A DNA stretch of 64,000 nucleotides from Candidatus Bathyarchaeota archaeon (GCA_963828195.1 CAWHDT010000004.1:49512-113511); one strand, 5' to 3'. Positions 1 to 11,085 are shown, counted from the first letter of the stretch. The notes: generated from the sequence alone by a model not told the origin. Program-made: numbers and translations.

Positions 1-1734
1 TTCGGTTTTTGCAACTTCATAAACAAAGTTTGTTTGGAAGAGAAAATAAGGAACTATTATAGCAACAATGAGTAACGAAAACAGTATTTTTTTCTCATGC
101 TTGAAGACAAACTGGACTGATGTCCACATGCCTATTACGCAGAAAGGTGCTAAGAACATTAGCAATATGTGATAGAACCGCGTCATGTTTAAGGCGTTTG
201 CTAATCCTGGAACTGCAATTAATGCAGCCAACAAACCTAAAGCTACAATACTAAAAATCGTGTATTCTCGGTCAAAACGAAAACGAGTTTTTTTCAAGAT
301 TAAAGCAAATATGCCTATGGCAATAAAAACTTCAGTCAAATATGCGAAGGCTCTGCTGACAGTATTTAGCATGGAAGGAGACTGCGCTAACCCTATTCCG
401 GTTAAAACTTCCGTACCTCTAGATGCTGGGTTAAAAATCCCGCCGAATTGGGAAGCAACTAGATTTGCGATTGAAGTGAAACTGTTAAAGACGGCGGAGC
501 CTGAAGTAAAAATGTACCAGGCGAACATTGCCACGAAGAAAAATACAATCATGCTAAACTGCAAATTGAAGTGGGGGCGTTTCAGATACACTGAAGCGAG
601 CCATGCAGCAAAAATCATAAAGAGAAAAATTTCTGCCAATGCATAATGGGATAAAATTAAGCCAACGCTGAAGATGGCAAAACTTGCGAATTTAACGCCT
701 TGCTTGATTTTCTTGTTTAACAGCACCAGCAGTAAGAGGACAAAAAATAATTCACCAATCATCTGCCGGTTTAACCCAGTCAATTCGGTGAAAAATGTTA
801 TATCAGCCATGAACACGAAGGCTGAGAAAAAAGCAAATTTCTTGCCAATGTATGGCTTCCAAAGAAGGTATAGACCCAGAGGGACTAATGCAAAGATGAG
901 GGGATAAATTACTTTGTACACCCAGGTAAGGGAGATTCCAAGTAGGTTTGAGTAGACAGTTGGAAGTATGGTGATGCTGAGCATTGCGTTGTATCTGCCA
1001 AATGTCAGGTCGGAAGGCACAGAAAATACTGGATTCCAATGAGAGAGAAGTTGGGTTGTTCCGGCAACGAAAAGTTCGTTTGGAGAATCGCTTCCATAGG
1101 GCAGTATGTAGTTAGATATCAGGGAAGTCTGAAACAGCAACGCTATAGCGACCATAAGTATAGCGAATGGGTAAATATTTGTGGATTTTCCATGAAATGC
1201 GATGGCGGTGAACAGCAGGGCAACAGATGCAATCATGATTAATAAAAATACGTTGTCGCCTGATACGTTTACAAAATATGCGCCTATGATGCTTAAGAGA
1301 GGAATTAAAGTTAAAAGCAAAAATGACGGGGAAAAGCTTTGGTTTTGAGGATTCGAATCTGGTTTTGCTTTTTCCTGTCTTAGTTGAGTTGCGACCGCGC
1401 CTACAAGTACCAGGGTATTTATGGATAAGGACAAGGGTAAAGTAGAAAGAGGAAAGCTGTACCCAACTAATGCACCAAACTCATTTATAATCAATCCTGC
1501 AACCAAAAGAAAAGCAACGCTAAAGCCAACGGCGTAGATGATGAATTCAGCTGTGCCAAGTTCAAGTTTTAAAAGCTTAATAACGATGAAGCCTGGGACA
1601 AATGTCAGGTAAAAAAGGCCAATTACTTCCCTAGCCAATGGAAAATTAAGAAAAAGCGAAATGTACATTGCAACTTGTAGAAAAACAACTATACCTAGAA
1701 AGTGCCGCGAAAGATATTTTTGATTAAAATCCAT
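1..1734 (-). CDS. DUF2206-like polytopic membrane protein (3' end runs off window)
   Basis: Not in ORF track; partial manual translation from ATG at 1734: MDFNQKYLSRHFLGIVVFLQ...FYLTFVPGFIVIKLL...LLFQTSLISNYILPYGSDSP; many TM segments typical of archaeal glycan-locus DUF2206 proteins. Confidence 0.75.
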   Translation of the reverse strand, partial: MDFNQKYLSRHFLGIVVFLQVAMYISLFLNFPLAREVIGLFYLTFVPGFIVIKLLKLELGTAEFIIYAVGFSVAFLLVAGLIINEFGALVGYSFPLSTLPLSLSINTLVLVGAVATQLRQEKAKPDSNPQNQSFSPSFLLLTLIPLLSIIGAYFVNVSGDNVFLLIMIASVALLFTAIAFHGKSTNIYPFAILMVAIALLFQTSLISNYILPYGSDSPNELFVAGTTQLLSHWNPVFSVPSDLTFGRYNAMLSITILPTVYSNLLGISLTWVYKVIYPLIFALVPLGLYLLWKPYIGKKFAFFSAFVFMADITFFTELTGLNRQMIGELFFVLLLLVLLNKKIKQGVKFASFAIFSVGLILSHYALAEIFLFMIFAAWLASVYLKRPHFNLQFSMIVFFFVAMFAWYIFTSGSAVFNSFTSIANLVASQFGGIFNPASRGTEVLTGIGLAQSPSMLNTVSRAFAYLTEVFIAIGIFALILKKTRFRFDREYTIFSIVALGLLAALIAVPGLANALNMTRFYHILLMFLAPFCVIGMWTSVQFVFKHEKKILFSLLIVAIIVPYFLFQTNFVYEVAKTE

Positions 1735-1869
1735 TTTTAGATGCACCAAAATCAAACAATTTTTCTGACTATCAAAGAACGGAACTAAAAATCCATTTCT
1801 TGGATGGTCAAAACGTTTTACGGCTTGACTCTACTAAGCAAGCTCTCTTCTGAACAATGTCTTTTTAAT

Positions 1870-2505
1870 TTATAAAAAGGTTTTGTTTATGAAAGCTTTT
1901 AGCCATGATTGGACAATGAGAGCATGACCAACAGGTGTGGGATGAATTCCGTCTTGTGACCAAAACTTCGGATCTCTTTTTCTGGCAGCTTCTCCAAAAA
2001 TCTTGTCTAATGGAATAAGAAGAGTTTCGAATTCTTCGGAAAGTTTTCTCACAACTTCAATTTTTGGATCCAAATCTTCTCTAAGTTTGAGCTGGTCTTT
2101 AGCCACGATTATTGAAAAGGGTTCCATTAAAATCATTTTGGAGTTGAAGTTGTCACGCGTCTTTTGCAGTATCATTCGGTAGTAATTTTCAAAATCTGCC
2201 GTCGATATTGGACTATTCCAGAAGTACTTGCCTAACGTATCGTTGATTCCTATAAGAATTGAAACGATATCGGGTTTCAGATCCAAAGTGTCTTTTTGCC
2301 AGCGATTACAAAGGTCTTTGATTCCGTCACCTTTTACACCTCGATTAAGAACCTTGACTTCTGTTTCTGGATACATCGCCGATAACCATAATGCGGCCAA
2401 CAAGACGTAGCCAGTTCCAAGATTCTCATCGTTCTTGTAATTTCTTCCTGAATCAGTTATGCTGTCCCCTTGAAATAGAATCGTGATTTTTGATTGCAGC
2501 TCCAT
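1870..2505 (-). CDS. SGNH/GDSL family esterase
   Basis: FQGDSITD, NRGVKG, GINDT and DGIHP blocks. Confidence 0.9.
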   Translation of the reverse strand: MELQSKITILFQGDSITDSGRNYKNDENLGTGYVLLAALWLSAMYPETEVKVLNRGVKGDGIKDLCNRWQKDTLDLKPDIVSILIGINDTLGKYFWNSPISTADFENYYRMILQKTRDNFNSKMILMEPFSIIVAKDQLKLREDLDPKIEVVRKLSEEFETLLIPLDKIFGEAARKRDPKFWSQDGIHPTPVGHALIVQSWLKAFINKTFL

Positions 2506-2538
2506 TTATTGAACCCTCGAATCATTTCTTATTTTTAA

Positions 2539-2574
2539 AAGAACAACAACACCGGGAAAACAACTGTTGTTCTT
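2539..2574. repeat. Palindromic intergenic motif copy A (AAGAACAAC-N18-GTTGTTCTT)
   Basis: Perfect inverted arms; related copies at 29284, 29348 and 63941. Confidence 0.75.
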
Positions 2575-2601
2575 CTAAGGTGATTTGAGGGCAGAAAGAA
2601 G

Positions 2602-3219
2602 TCATTTTGAGCTTTTCCAAAACTTGTTTATGAAGCTCTCGGTATCTTGGTAGAAATAATCTATGTTTTCCTTGATTTTGCTTTCTTCCCAATCCCACCA
2701 CCTGATCTTTAGAAGCTTTTCGATTTGGTCTGGTGGAAAACGATATTTTACTACTCGAGCGGGATTTCCTACTGCAATTGCATACGGTGGAATATCTCTA
2801 ACGACTACGGAGCCTGCTCCTATCACCGCTCCGCTTCCAATTCTTACCCCTGAAAGGATGATTGCGCCTACGCCAACCCAAACATCGCTTCCGATAATCA
2901 CAGGTCCCTTGCTTTTACTGTCCACGTTATCGTTTTCTACATTTTGCAATTTTTTTTTCAATGGAAAAGCAGTTACCTTGTTTATGTCATGCTCGCCGCC
3001 CATTAATACTATCACATTACTTGCAAACATGCAAAACTTTCCCACTACAAGTTGGTCATCTGAGCGCCAAGAGAGGATTTTGGGCCCGCCAGAGCTATAT
3101 TTTCCAATTTGCACGCTCCCTTTAGGCTCAGCATTGTCACATCGGTAAATTGCTGTTAAAACTAAGTTTCTTGCAGTTATGCTTCTACCAAGAACGGTTA
3201 ACACAATTCTATCCAGCAT
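2602..3219 (-). CDS. CatB/Vat-type hexapeptide O-acetyltransferase
   Basis: IGSDVWVG...[36 protein letters not shown]...WWDW. Confidence 0.9.
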   Translation of the reverse strand: MLDRIVLTVLGRSITARNLVLTAIYRCDNAEPKGSVQIGKYSSGGPKILSWRSDDQLVVGKFCMFASNVIVLMGGEHDINKVTAFPLKKKLQNVENDNVDSKSKGPVIIGSDVWVGVGAIILSGVRIGSGAVIGAGSVVVRDIPPYAIAVGNPARVVKYRFPPDQIEKLLKIRWWDWEESKIKENIDYFYQDTESFINKFWKSSK

Positions 3220-3295
3220 GAGATCATTTCCAAATTAGTGAATTTCAACTAGCTTAAATTCTTAAAATTAGAAAAGCAGCGAAGGGAAAGTTAGT

Positions 3296-4252
3296 CTACA
3301 GGGTTTTTCGACGTTCGAAAGATGTGAAAACACCTGCTTTTATTTCTTTTAAATGTCTTGCCATGTTGATTTCAGCTTTAATAGTGTACAGTGAGAGTTT
3401 GCTATTCCGGGTTAATAGGCTGGCGGCGAAGCGACCTAAAAAGATGCCGTAGACGAAATTCGCGAGGTTCCATGGAGTTTGTTTTACGTTTTTGAAGAAG
3501 AAATAGGTATGGTATGATATTTCCATATGTGTTCGGTATTCGCTGCTGATTCTTGCCAATTCGGAGTGCTTATGTAAAACTTTCGCGTTAGGGGTCATTA
3601 AAACAGATTTTGGGTGGCTTTTCTGTATCCTATAGGAAATGTCCATATCGTCACAAAGTGAATATCTACTTAAGTTTTCATCCCATTTGAACTGGCCTAA
3701 TATCTTTCTTTTATAGGTACAGTTGTTGCCACTTAGCCATTCGCATTCAATAGTATGAGTTAAAGGATAAGGGTAAGATACTCCGGTTGCAAATACTCGT
3801 GACTTGTCTTTTTCTAAAAAGAAAGAGGGAAACAGCTTGCAAATAGCGTTAGAGCGCGCTGGGAAACCAAGACCTATATTTATTACGTGCCCGGCAACTC
3901 CAGAGACATCTGGATAAGCCTCATAAACTTTCAATATTTCTTTAATGTAATCTTTTTGCAATATGACGTCGTCGTCTAGACTGCAGTGAATTTCGCCTGT
4001 TGAATTGGCAATGCCTGCGTTCCTCGCTTGTGTTACTCCTTGCCCCTTGCCCCGCAAGTATTTGAGCTCTATATTCTTGCTAGAAAAATCTTTCTGCATT
4101 CGCTTAACTAAATTTTTAGTTTCATCGTTTTTACTATCATCCACTATAACTACTTCTTTTGGATACACTGACTGGTTCAAGATGGAAAGTAAAAGGTGAC
4201 TAAGAACTTCAGCTCTATTCAGAGTTGGAATAGAAATGGAAAAATTTGACAT
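3296..4252 (-). CDS. GT2 family glycosyltransferase
   Basis: ISIPTLNR, VIVDDS, ARNAG, LDDD motifs. Confidence 0.9.
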   Translation of the reverse strand: MSNFSISIPTLNRAEVLSHLLLSILNQSVYPKEVVIVDDSKNDETKNLVKRMQKDFSSKNIELKYLRGKGQGVTQARNAGIANSTGEIHCSLDDDVILQKDYIKEILKVYEAYPDVSGVAGHVINIGLGFPARSNAICKLFPSFFLEKDKSRVFATGVSYPYPLTHTIECEWLSGNNCTYKRKILGQFKWDENLSRYSLCDDMDISYRIQKSHPKSVLMTPNAKVLHKHSELARISSEYRTHMEISYHTYFFFKNVKQTPWNLANFVYGIFLGRFAASLLTRNSKLSLYTIKAEINMARHLKEIKAGVFTSFERRKTL

Positions 4253-4358
4253 TTATGTTTCCTTCGCAAAAAATTTGATAATATAACTTGTCTTAATCCT
4301 ATGCCGGTTAAATAAAATTTCGGATCTTGGAGTATAAAGTCCTGAAAGACTTAACGTT

Positions 4359-5525
4359 TCAGTTTTGAGATATTTGCTGCTGAAGTATTTGTCCTGCTTG
4401 ATTAGATGCATAGTTCAGTTGTCCGGAAACGAGGCCCCACTGAGTGCCAGTGATCCATGGCGCCCAAGCCCACGCACAAAAACCTACATTGTATTGATTA
4501 AGAATTGCCAAAGTATTATTGAACCATGCGTACTCTTCGCTCATGTTTGTAGCCCATAGGTTGCAGCCTATTTCGCCGACCCATACAGGATGTTGCGACG
4601 CAAAGGAAAGCAAGCCTGTAACATTCAAAGCCCAAAGCACGTCAGAATAACTGTATTTTTGAGAATAATTGTTTAATGAATCATAGAAGCCGTCGCTGTA
4701 GAGATGCGTACTGTAAATAATATTATTCAGAGGATCATAGAGTGGATATGAAGAGACCCAGTTCATTGAGCTCATGGTTGTTGAGGAACTGGAGTAATTC
4801 TGGAAATCTAAGTAAGTGTTAGTACCCCATTGGGCAACGATGATATTTGTTGAACCCGTTTGGCGGACTGCATTAATGCACTGCTGGGTAACGTTAAACC
4901 AGCTTGCTTCTGCCGCTGCGTCACCGTTGGGCTCATTCCACAACTCAAACATCACATTAGGATAGACCTTTAAATTGTTTGCAACACTTGTCCACACATT
5001 AACAAAGTCGCCGACACTGTTGATAATTCCGTTGCCGTTGTCGTAAGGCGGATAAGGCAATGCGGAATCCTCACTTGAACCGCTGTTTCTCCAAAAAGTG
5101 AAGTCAACATAGATTCCCCGCAAGGCGGCTTGCGCAATAAAGTATTCCAGGTTGCTTTGAAAATTTTGTGTGTTCTGAACCCACCACTGAGTTGTTGCAA
5201 GTACTCGAACTGAATTGCAGCCCCAACTTTCTATGGCATCAAGATTGCTGTTTACAGCTGCTGTGTCCCAAGTGTTAAATTCTAGCTGACCATTCGGAAG
5301 CAGCCAGCTGCCACAGGGTCCATCAATAAAATACGTGTAATCGACCCCGCGCAAAACAACCGCGGTGCTATTTGACGTGAGTATTTGGTTACCCGCGACA
5401 TGAAGAGATCCAGTCGAATAATCGGTTGAAAAAGGAGGGTTAGTTGGAACAGGCTGAGGGGAAACTTTAACGTTGTTCAAAACGGGAGATAATATTGAAA
5501 ATATGATAAGCAGACATGTTAACAA
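4359..5525 (-). CDS. GH5 (cellulase-family) glycoside hydrolase with hydrophobic N-terminus; start uncertain
   Basis: VVLRGV, ELWNEP acid/base, STHLY, WVGEIG nucleophile, AWAW. Confidence 0.85.
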   Translation of the reverse strand: MLTCLLIIFSILSPVLNNVKVSPQPVPTNPPFSTDYSTGSLHVAGNQILTSNSTAVVLRGVDYTYFIDGPCGSWLLPNGQLEFNTWDTAAVNSNLDAIESWGCNSVRVLATTQWWVQNTQNFQSNLEYFIAQAALRGIYVDFTFWRNSGSSEDSALPYPPYDNGNGIINSVGDFVNVWTSVANNLKVYPNVMFELWNEPNGDAAAEASWFNVTQQCINAVRQTGSTNIIVAQWGTNTYLDFQNYSSSSTTMSSMNWVSSYPLYDPLNNIIYSTHLYSDGFYDSLNNYSQKYSYSDVLWALNVTGLLSFASQHPVWVGEIGCNLWATNMSEEYAWFNNTLAILNQYNVGFCAWAWAPWITGTQWGLVSGQLNYASNQAGQILQQQISQN

Positions 5526-5625
5526 TATGGCAAAAGCAAGTATTTTTCTTCGCAGAAGAATTCACTCTCGAAATCTATCAGGACATTAAATTCATTAAAA
5601 TATTCTTTCTAATATTTCAGTTAAG

Positions 5626-6540
5626 TTAAAGTCGGGTTGCTAAATCTTGGATTTGACCTTTCATAAATCCGAAAGTCCAAGCTGAAAGTTTTAATCCAAA
5701 ATGAAAAGGTAAAAGAAAAACAATTTTTTTACGTAGAAACTTGTAGCCTTGAATAGAATAAAAAAAGCCAGCAACGAAACCAGCTATCGGCGTCATGCGA
5801 GGTATTGAGAACGCCTCTCCCGTTTGGCGAACAGTCCTTTGACATCCATAGCCGTACCAGAAATATTTTTTCCACAGGTCTTTAGGCTTAGATAACCCGC
5901 CATGCAACTCATAAAGTTCAGCCATGTTAGGTCTTATTCGCCAACCTGCTTTTTTAATTCTTAAGACCAAGTCAGTGTCTTCGCCGGCACCTTTAATTTT
6001 TTCGTCAAAACCATTTACTTGCCGCAGGGCTTTAATTCTGAAGGTTGTTCCTCCAGTGCCTATCAGCTTGTCGGTTTTCCAAATGAAGCTCTTAGGCTTA
6101 AGATAGTTTCGTTGGTTGACTATGTATGGAATTACCTCTAGGTTCAAAATCAAGTTGCCAGGAACGGTCTTGAATATCCCTGCAGTTATGCCTACCTCAG
6201 GATACTTTTCAAGGGTCTCTAATTGGGTTTTCAAATAATTGCTCGTTAATATCTGGTCAGCATCAACAAACAGTAGGTATTCTCCGTCGGCATTTTCAAC
6301 GATTTTGTTTCTTGCATGGCCTAAACCCATCCATGTGGTTCTGAAAGATTTCGCTTGTTCGCCGAGCCTTGCTACATAATCGGAAATGATTTCGGGGGTG
6401 CTATCTTGGCTGCCGTCGTCGACAAAGATTAATTGCATCTGTTTTTTGGGAAAATCTTGATTGATTACGCTGTTAACGGCGTTTTTGAGCATATTCTCGC
6501 CGTTGCGAACGCATATGCCGACGGTTACAAGAGGTTTCAT
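5626..6540 (-). CDS. GT2 family glycosyltransferase
   Basis: FVDDGSQD, ARN, FVDAD, GFDE..GEDTDL. Confidence 0.9.
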   Translation of the reverse strand: MKPLVTVGICVRNGENMLKNAVNSVINQDFPKKQMQLIFVDDGSQDSTPEIISDYVARLGEQAKSFRTTWMGLGHARNKIVENADGEYLLFVDADQILTSNYLKTQLETLEKYPEVGITAGIFKTVPGNLILNLEVIPYIVNQRNYLKPKSFIWKTDKLIGTGGTTFRIKALRQVNGFDEKIKGAGEDTDLVLRIKKAGWRIRPNMAELYELHGGLSKPKDLWKKYFWYGYGCQRTVRQTGEAFSIPRMTPIAGFVAGFFYSIQGYKFLRKKIVFLLPFHFGLKLSAWTFGFMKGQIQDLATRL

Positions 6541-7721
6541 GCGTTATCCTTCCGAGAAATCGGGTATTTTGAAGTAAATTGCAAGTACTCTTCTTCGAGT
6601 TGACTGGTGATTTTTTTCCAATCGTAGTTCGCTGCAATTGCTCGTCCAGCTTCGCCAATGTTAGAAGAGAGTGTCTTGTCTTTTAGAAGTTGGACTATGT
6701 GCTCAGCGAAATTTTCAAAGTTATTATCGATGAAAATGTTTTTCCCATTTTTAATTGATAATCCTTCTGCACCAACTGAGGTGGAGACAACTGGGATTCC
6801 GCTTGAAAAGTATTCAAGAATTTTAAGCCTTGTTCCAGACCCTTGAAGCAAAGGGGCAATGCCAACATTTGATGCCGCCAATAAATCTGCGATGTTAGGC
6901 ACAAAACCCGTGAATGCAATGCCTGGAAGATTTATTTCGGTTCTTTTTTTCCCAACAACGATGAATTTCACTGTTTTTACTTTTTCTCTGACCTTCGGTG
7001 CGATCACCGAAGAGATCAATTTTATGGCTTCACGATTAGGCTCATAGGCTAAATTGCCAACAAAGACGACAGTTTGGGAACCATCCAGCCCGTATTGTCT
7101 TCGAGTTTCCTGCAAATCAGAATGGCGGCTGAATAATTCAGTGTTAACGCCATTGGGAACAACAATAATTTTCTGAGTTGAAAAACCCAATGAAACCAAG
7201 AGCTTTTTTTCTTTCTCAGAAACAGTTAAAATTAAGTCTGCATTCCTGTAAGCTATTTTTTCTAGAAAAGTCTCAAGAATTCGCCTAACCAAACTTGTAT
7301 GCTTAACTCTTAAAGCCTGAAAAACATCATGGCAATCAATGGCAACAGGCTTCTTCATTGTTCTCATGAACGGAGTAAGAAGAATGCTCAAAGCAGGCTG
7401 TTCTATTTGAACTATATCGACATTTTGAACAAGACGAGAAGCTCGAAACGCAAAAAGGAAGTCGAAGAAGTATAGAGCTGAAGGTTTTTCTATCTTCCCA
7501 ATTTTTCCAATAATTTTAAGGAGTGACTTGGGCAGAAAACCGTTCAATCCATAAACAGAAATTTTATCCACATATTCTGTACTGGTATGGAATTTTGGTA
7601 ATATTACATTGACTTTGTTTCCAGTTGCAGCAAGTCCTTTTGCGAGGTTGATTATTCTTACGGAAGCGCCTGAATCGTTCTGCATCGAATCTTCGTAAGC
7701 GCTTAAAATGCTGATTCTCAT
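6537..7721 (-). CDS. GT4 family glycosyltransferase
   Basis: VVPNGV, FVGNLAYEPN, GSGTRLKILEY..SGIPVVST. Confidence 0.9.
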   Translation of the reverse strand: MRISILSAYEDSMQNDSGASVRIINLAKGLAATGNKVNVILPKFHTSTEYVDKISVYGLNGFLPKSLLKIIGKIGKIEKPSALYFFDFLFAFRASRLVQNVDIVQIEQPALSILLTPFMRTMKKPVAIDCHDVFQALRVKHTSLVRRILETFLEKIAYRNADLILTVSEKEKKLLVSLGFSTQKIIVVPNGVNTELFSRHSDLQETRRQYGLDGSQTVVFVGNLAYEPNREAIKLISSVIAPKVREKVKTVKFIVVGKKRTEINLPGIAFTGFVPNIADLLAASNVGIAPLLQGSGTRLKILEYFSSGIPVVSTSVGAEGLSIKNGKNIFIDNNFENFAEHIVQLLKDKTLSSNIGEAGRAIAANYDWKKITSQLEEEYLQFTSKYPISRKDNA

Positions 7722-7746
7722 CTATCATCCGGCCCACGCTTTGCAT

Positions 7747-8916
7747 TTAAATCAAGTTGTAAGAAGCTAAATTTTCTTTAGTGAACCAGACTCTGTCGTC
7801 GGGTTGTGCCCAAACAGAAAATTTTTTCCCAAACAAGACTGCCAAGATAGAAATGAAAAGCAAGATGTTGTTTTCAACAACCTGATAAACATAAAACCTT
7901 GCTTGAGGGACAAAAAGCAATAAAGAGGAAAACAACAGCAAAGGATAAGATAGCACTAAATAGCTCGATAGAACCAAAAAAATTGCAAATGCAATTGGCG
8001 AGAACAAATAGAGAAGCATGTTTGGGATAACTGTGCTCTTTGTTGACTTAATTTTTCCCTTGACCAGTAGATCAAGGTATTTCGAGAACACTCTTATCAG
8101 CTGGTTTATGCGCCTAAGCTTAATACCGATTTTTCCGCGAAAAGTTGCAGGGAAACTTGAGTAAAATTTTGCGTCTTTTACGAGCATAGCACGATAGTTC
8201 TTTTCGATAACGCTAATAATGGTGCCACAGTCGTCTGAACCTGTTCCGTAAGGATCGAACTTACCAAGAGCCTCCTTCTTGAAGGCGCTAAAACCTCCTT
8301 CAAAAAAAACGGTAGACCCACATTTAGATTCTCCGACCCTTAGATAATTGGCAGATTTTAGATAACTTTCTTCCATTCTAGTAATCCAAGTTTGACTTGA
8401 ATTAAAAAGAATTTTTGGTCCGGCGATAGCTCCAACTGTTGGGTCAGCTAAATAGGGCAAGGATTTTTCAAGGATATCTGACGGCCAGAAGCAATCTGCA
8501 TCTGAAATTATTACTACGTCGCCTTTGCAATATCCTAATGCGTTGTTTAAGGCGTGGGATTTTCCTTTTCTTTCGCTTTCAACTATGAGTTTGATGTTCG
8601 AGTTTTTTTGTTTTTCTGAAAAGTCTCGCACTATTTTAGCAGTATCATCGGTGGAGTTGCTGTCTACAACAACGATTTCCATAAGTTCTTTAGGATATGA
8701 CAGTCTAATGGAATTATCCAGCTTATACCCGATGATGCCAGCTTCATTGTACGTTGGAATAATAATTGAAACCTTAGGTTTGTAGGCAGAATCAACCTTC
8801 GTTGGCCAAGATGCCTTAGACTTATGCTTCATGTACAGAAAAATAAAGGCAGGAGGACCAAGAGCTAGAAAGCCAAACAAAAACCAGACTGCTAAGAAAA
8901 AAATCATAAGCTCCAC
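7747..8916 (-). CDS. Membrane-bound GT2 glycosyltransferase
   Basis: IIPTYNE, GKSHALN, SDAD; N- and C-terminal TM helices. Confidence 0.88.
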   Translation of the reverse strand: MELMIFFLAVWFLFGFLALGPPAFIFLYMKHKSKASWPTKVDSAYKPKVSIIIPTYNEAGIIGYKLDNSIRLSYPKELMEIVVVDSNSTDDTAKIVRDFSEKQKNSNIKLIVESERKGKSHALNNALGYCKGDVVIISDADCFWPSDILEKSLPYLADPTVGAIAGPKILFNSSQTWITRMEESYLKSANYLRVGESKCGSTVFFEGGFSAFKKEALGKFDPYGTGSDDCGTIISVIEKNYRAMLVKDAKFYSSFPATFRGKIGIKLRRINQLIRVFSKYLDLLVKGKIKSTKSTVIPNMLLYLFSPIAFAIFLVLSSYLVLSYPLLLFSSLLLFVPQARFYVYQVVENNILLFISILAVLFGKKFSVWAQPDDRVWFTKENLASYNLI

Positions 8917-9022
8917 TCATTTTTTTACAAAAAAGACAAATGCTAACTCCAACGTTTCAAAGTAATTGCTTAGCAGTGATTTTCATATGCTGATCGGTTT
9001 TTTTCCAGTATAATGGTGAGGT

Positions 9023-9955
9023 TTATTTTTCCATGAAAGGTGGAAGAACGTCCCCTGAAATGTCTGTGTAGGTTTTCAGCATTTTTAGTTGCAAACCCCA
9101 AGTGATCGAGTGCATAGTGTGGCTGTAATGCGGAAAGCCCTTTTTCATTTCTGCTAATGTAGCGCCGTCTTCGATTATGTTTATGTCTTCTGCCTCACCG
9201 ATCTTTTCTTTTGCTGCCAAAGCGAGGTATGGAACTTTTTTAGGATTGAAACTCATTATTTTTGATGCCACAAAATCATTTGTTAATGGATTATCGCTTG
9301 CTATTATGGCGCCCAATTTCTTCGGACACTTTCCCCGGCAGATTAAGCCGTCAACCACAACAATGTTTGATTTTACAATCTTGTTCGCTGCAACAATCAC
9401 ATTCACGATGTTACTGTGATAGGAGTATTTTCTAGGTTTTGAGATTGCACCGAAAATGTTTTTCATCGCACAAGTAACGCCGATAAAATTGTGAGTTTTA
9501 AGCTTAGGCACGTTTATGATTAAATCAGCGTTCAATAGATCCTCGTTAAACGGCAAGGTAACTTCGTTCCCGCCGACCGTAACAGTCTTTTCAACAATGT
9601 TTCCTTCACTAAGGTTCTTCAATGCCACATTGCTTTTTCTGCATAACTCGTCGTAGCCTAAAATCTTAAAAGCGTATTTCGTTTTCATCGCAGACGCATC
9701 AGCTTCAGCCACTGAAATGTTAACTTTTTCACCTATTTTTTCTTGAACGTATTTTATTACCGAACTAACCACTCGGCTATCTGTCGTTTCCCCTGTTGAG
9801 GCGTTCCAGTAATAGCAAAGGTTTGGCTTAATGACAACATTTTTTACTCCACCAAAATCGTAGTTCAAGTCATCAATCGCTTTCCCGACCGCATCATCAA
9901 TTTCATTTACAGGAAAATGATGATTCTCCACTGAGGTAAGAGCAACTTTCGCCAT
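9023..9955 (-). CDS. DUF362 domain protein
   Basis: VVIKPNLC, INVPKLKTH, VTCAMKNIFG. Confidence 0.85.
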   Translation of the reverse strand: MAKVALTSVENHHFPVNEIDDAVGKAIDDLNYDFGGVKNVVIKPNLCYYWNASTGETTDSRVVSSVIKYVQEKIGEKVNISVAEADASAMKTKYAFKILGYDELCRKSNVALKNLSEGNIVEKTVTVGGNEVTLPFNEDLLNADLIINVPKLKTHNFIGVTCAMKNIFGAISKPRKYSYHSNIVNVIVAANKIVKSNIVVVDGLICRGKCPKKLGAIIASDNPLTNDFVASKIMSFNPKKVPYLALAAKEKIGEAEDINIIEDGATLAEMKKGFPHYSHTMHSITWGLQLKMLKTYTDISGDVLPPFMEK

Positions 9956-11085
9956 TATTTAGCCTCATTTAACGGATATTTTGAATCGACCATTTGCATT
10001 GTTCCTGATGGCTGTTTCTCTAAAATCAGATTATTCAACCGATAAGCCGAATCGATTATTCGCATAACATCCAACTGTTCCTCCAATGAAACCGGAAAGT
10101 CCGAGCCGTTTTTTAGCGCATCAAAAAATAACTCCATAATAGTATAGAAAGAAGAGTAATAGTAAGTATAGGATAGGTAGTTTAGTTTTTTGCCTGCTAC
10201 TTTTCGCATGAGATTCAGGGCGCCTTCTTTAGCAGCGTTTTTTATAGGATCAGATGGGAGATAACGGTCAGTAGAATCGAAACCGACTGTTCCATGCAGG
10301 TTAATTCTGAAATTGAAATCTGGGAAAATCGATTTTGAAAACCAGCCAATATTCACAATTCCGGTTGCATTACAGCTTTTTGACTTCAATACAATTGTTC
10401 CAGCATCTTCCACTGGCAAATGCATCGTATTTTCTAGAGTTGAGTATGCCACATCAAAATCGCCAAGTAACCAGCTTAAAAGATCAATCAGGTGATAGCC
10501 CAAATCCACCAGCGCACCGCCACCTGCCAAATCTTTGCTAAGCCACCATTCAGGAACTGGAACTGGCACAACAGCGTGTGAAATAGGCCCGTTAAGAACC
10601 AATTCAGAAGTGGCTATCAATGGATCGCCTATTGCGCCGTTTTCAAGCTTGTTCTTCAGTTTCTGGACACATGGGAAATACCGGTAATTGACACCAACCA
10701 TCATTCGAACCTTTTCTTTCTTGACTTTTCCAACCATATCCTGCGCTTCGGCAAGGTTTCTGGCAATGGGTTTATCCAAAAAAATATCCAGTCCCTTTTC
10801 AGCAGCGTAAAAAACGCCTTCTTTCTTTAAGAAATTAGGCAGCGAAATAATGACAGCGTCCAATTTTTCATTGTCTATTAATTCTGTGTAATCGTCGTAG
10901 GTTTTAACATGGAACCTTTCTGCATATTGACGGTTTTTTTCGCTTTTATCGGCTCCAGCTACAACTTCGACTCCTTCTACACGCATTGCATTAAGCATGT
11001 GAAGTTGACCCATGTGGCCTAAACCAACAATTCCAACTTTTGTCAAAATTTTCACTCCAAAAATTACAGTTGACTTACTCATCAA
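9955..11085 (-). CDS. Gfo/Idh/MocA NAD-dependent oxidoreductase (true start probably slightly downstream)
   Basis: GIVGLGHMG Rossmann motif, LDKP, GGGALVDLGYHLID. Confidence 0.9.
   Translation of the reverse strand: MMSKSTVIFGVKILTKVGIVGLGHMGQLHMLNAMRVEGVEVVAGADKSEKNRQYAERFHVKTYDDYTELIDNEKLDAVIISLPNFLKKEGVFYAAEKGLDIFLDKPIARNLAEAQDMVGKVKKEKVRMMVGVNYRYFPCVQKLKNKLENGAIGDPLIATSELVLNGPISHAVVPVPVPEWWLSKDLAGGGALVDLGYHLIDLLSWLLGDFDVAYSTLENTMHLPVEDAGTIVLKSKSCNATGIVNIGWFSKSIFPDFNFRINLHGTVGFDSTDRYLPSDPIKNAAKEGALNLMRKVAGKKLNYLSYTYYYSSFYTIMELFFDALKNGSDFPVSLEEQLDVMRIIDSAYRLNNLILEKQPSGTMQMVDSKYPLNEAK

Noticed and set aside
185-1242. Short ORFs in the ORF track
   Set aside because: Shadows of the long minus-strand DUF2206-like gene
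2602-3219. Antibiotic resistance gene (catB/vat)
   Set aside because: Context among glycosyltransferases and an SGNH esterase favours sugar O-acetylation
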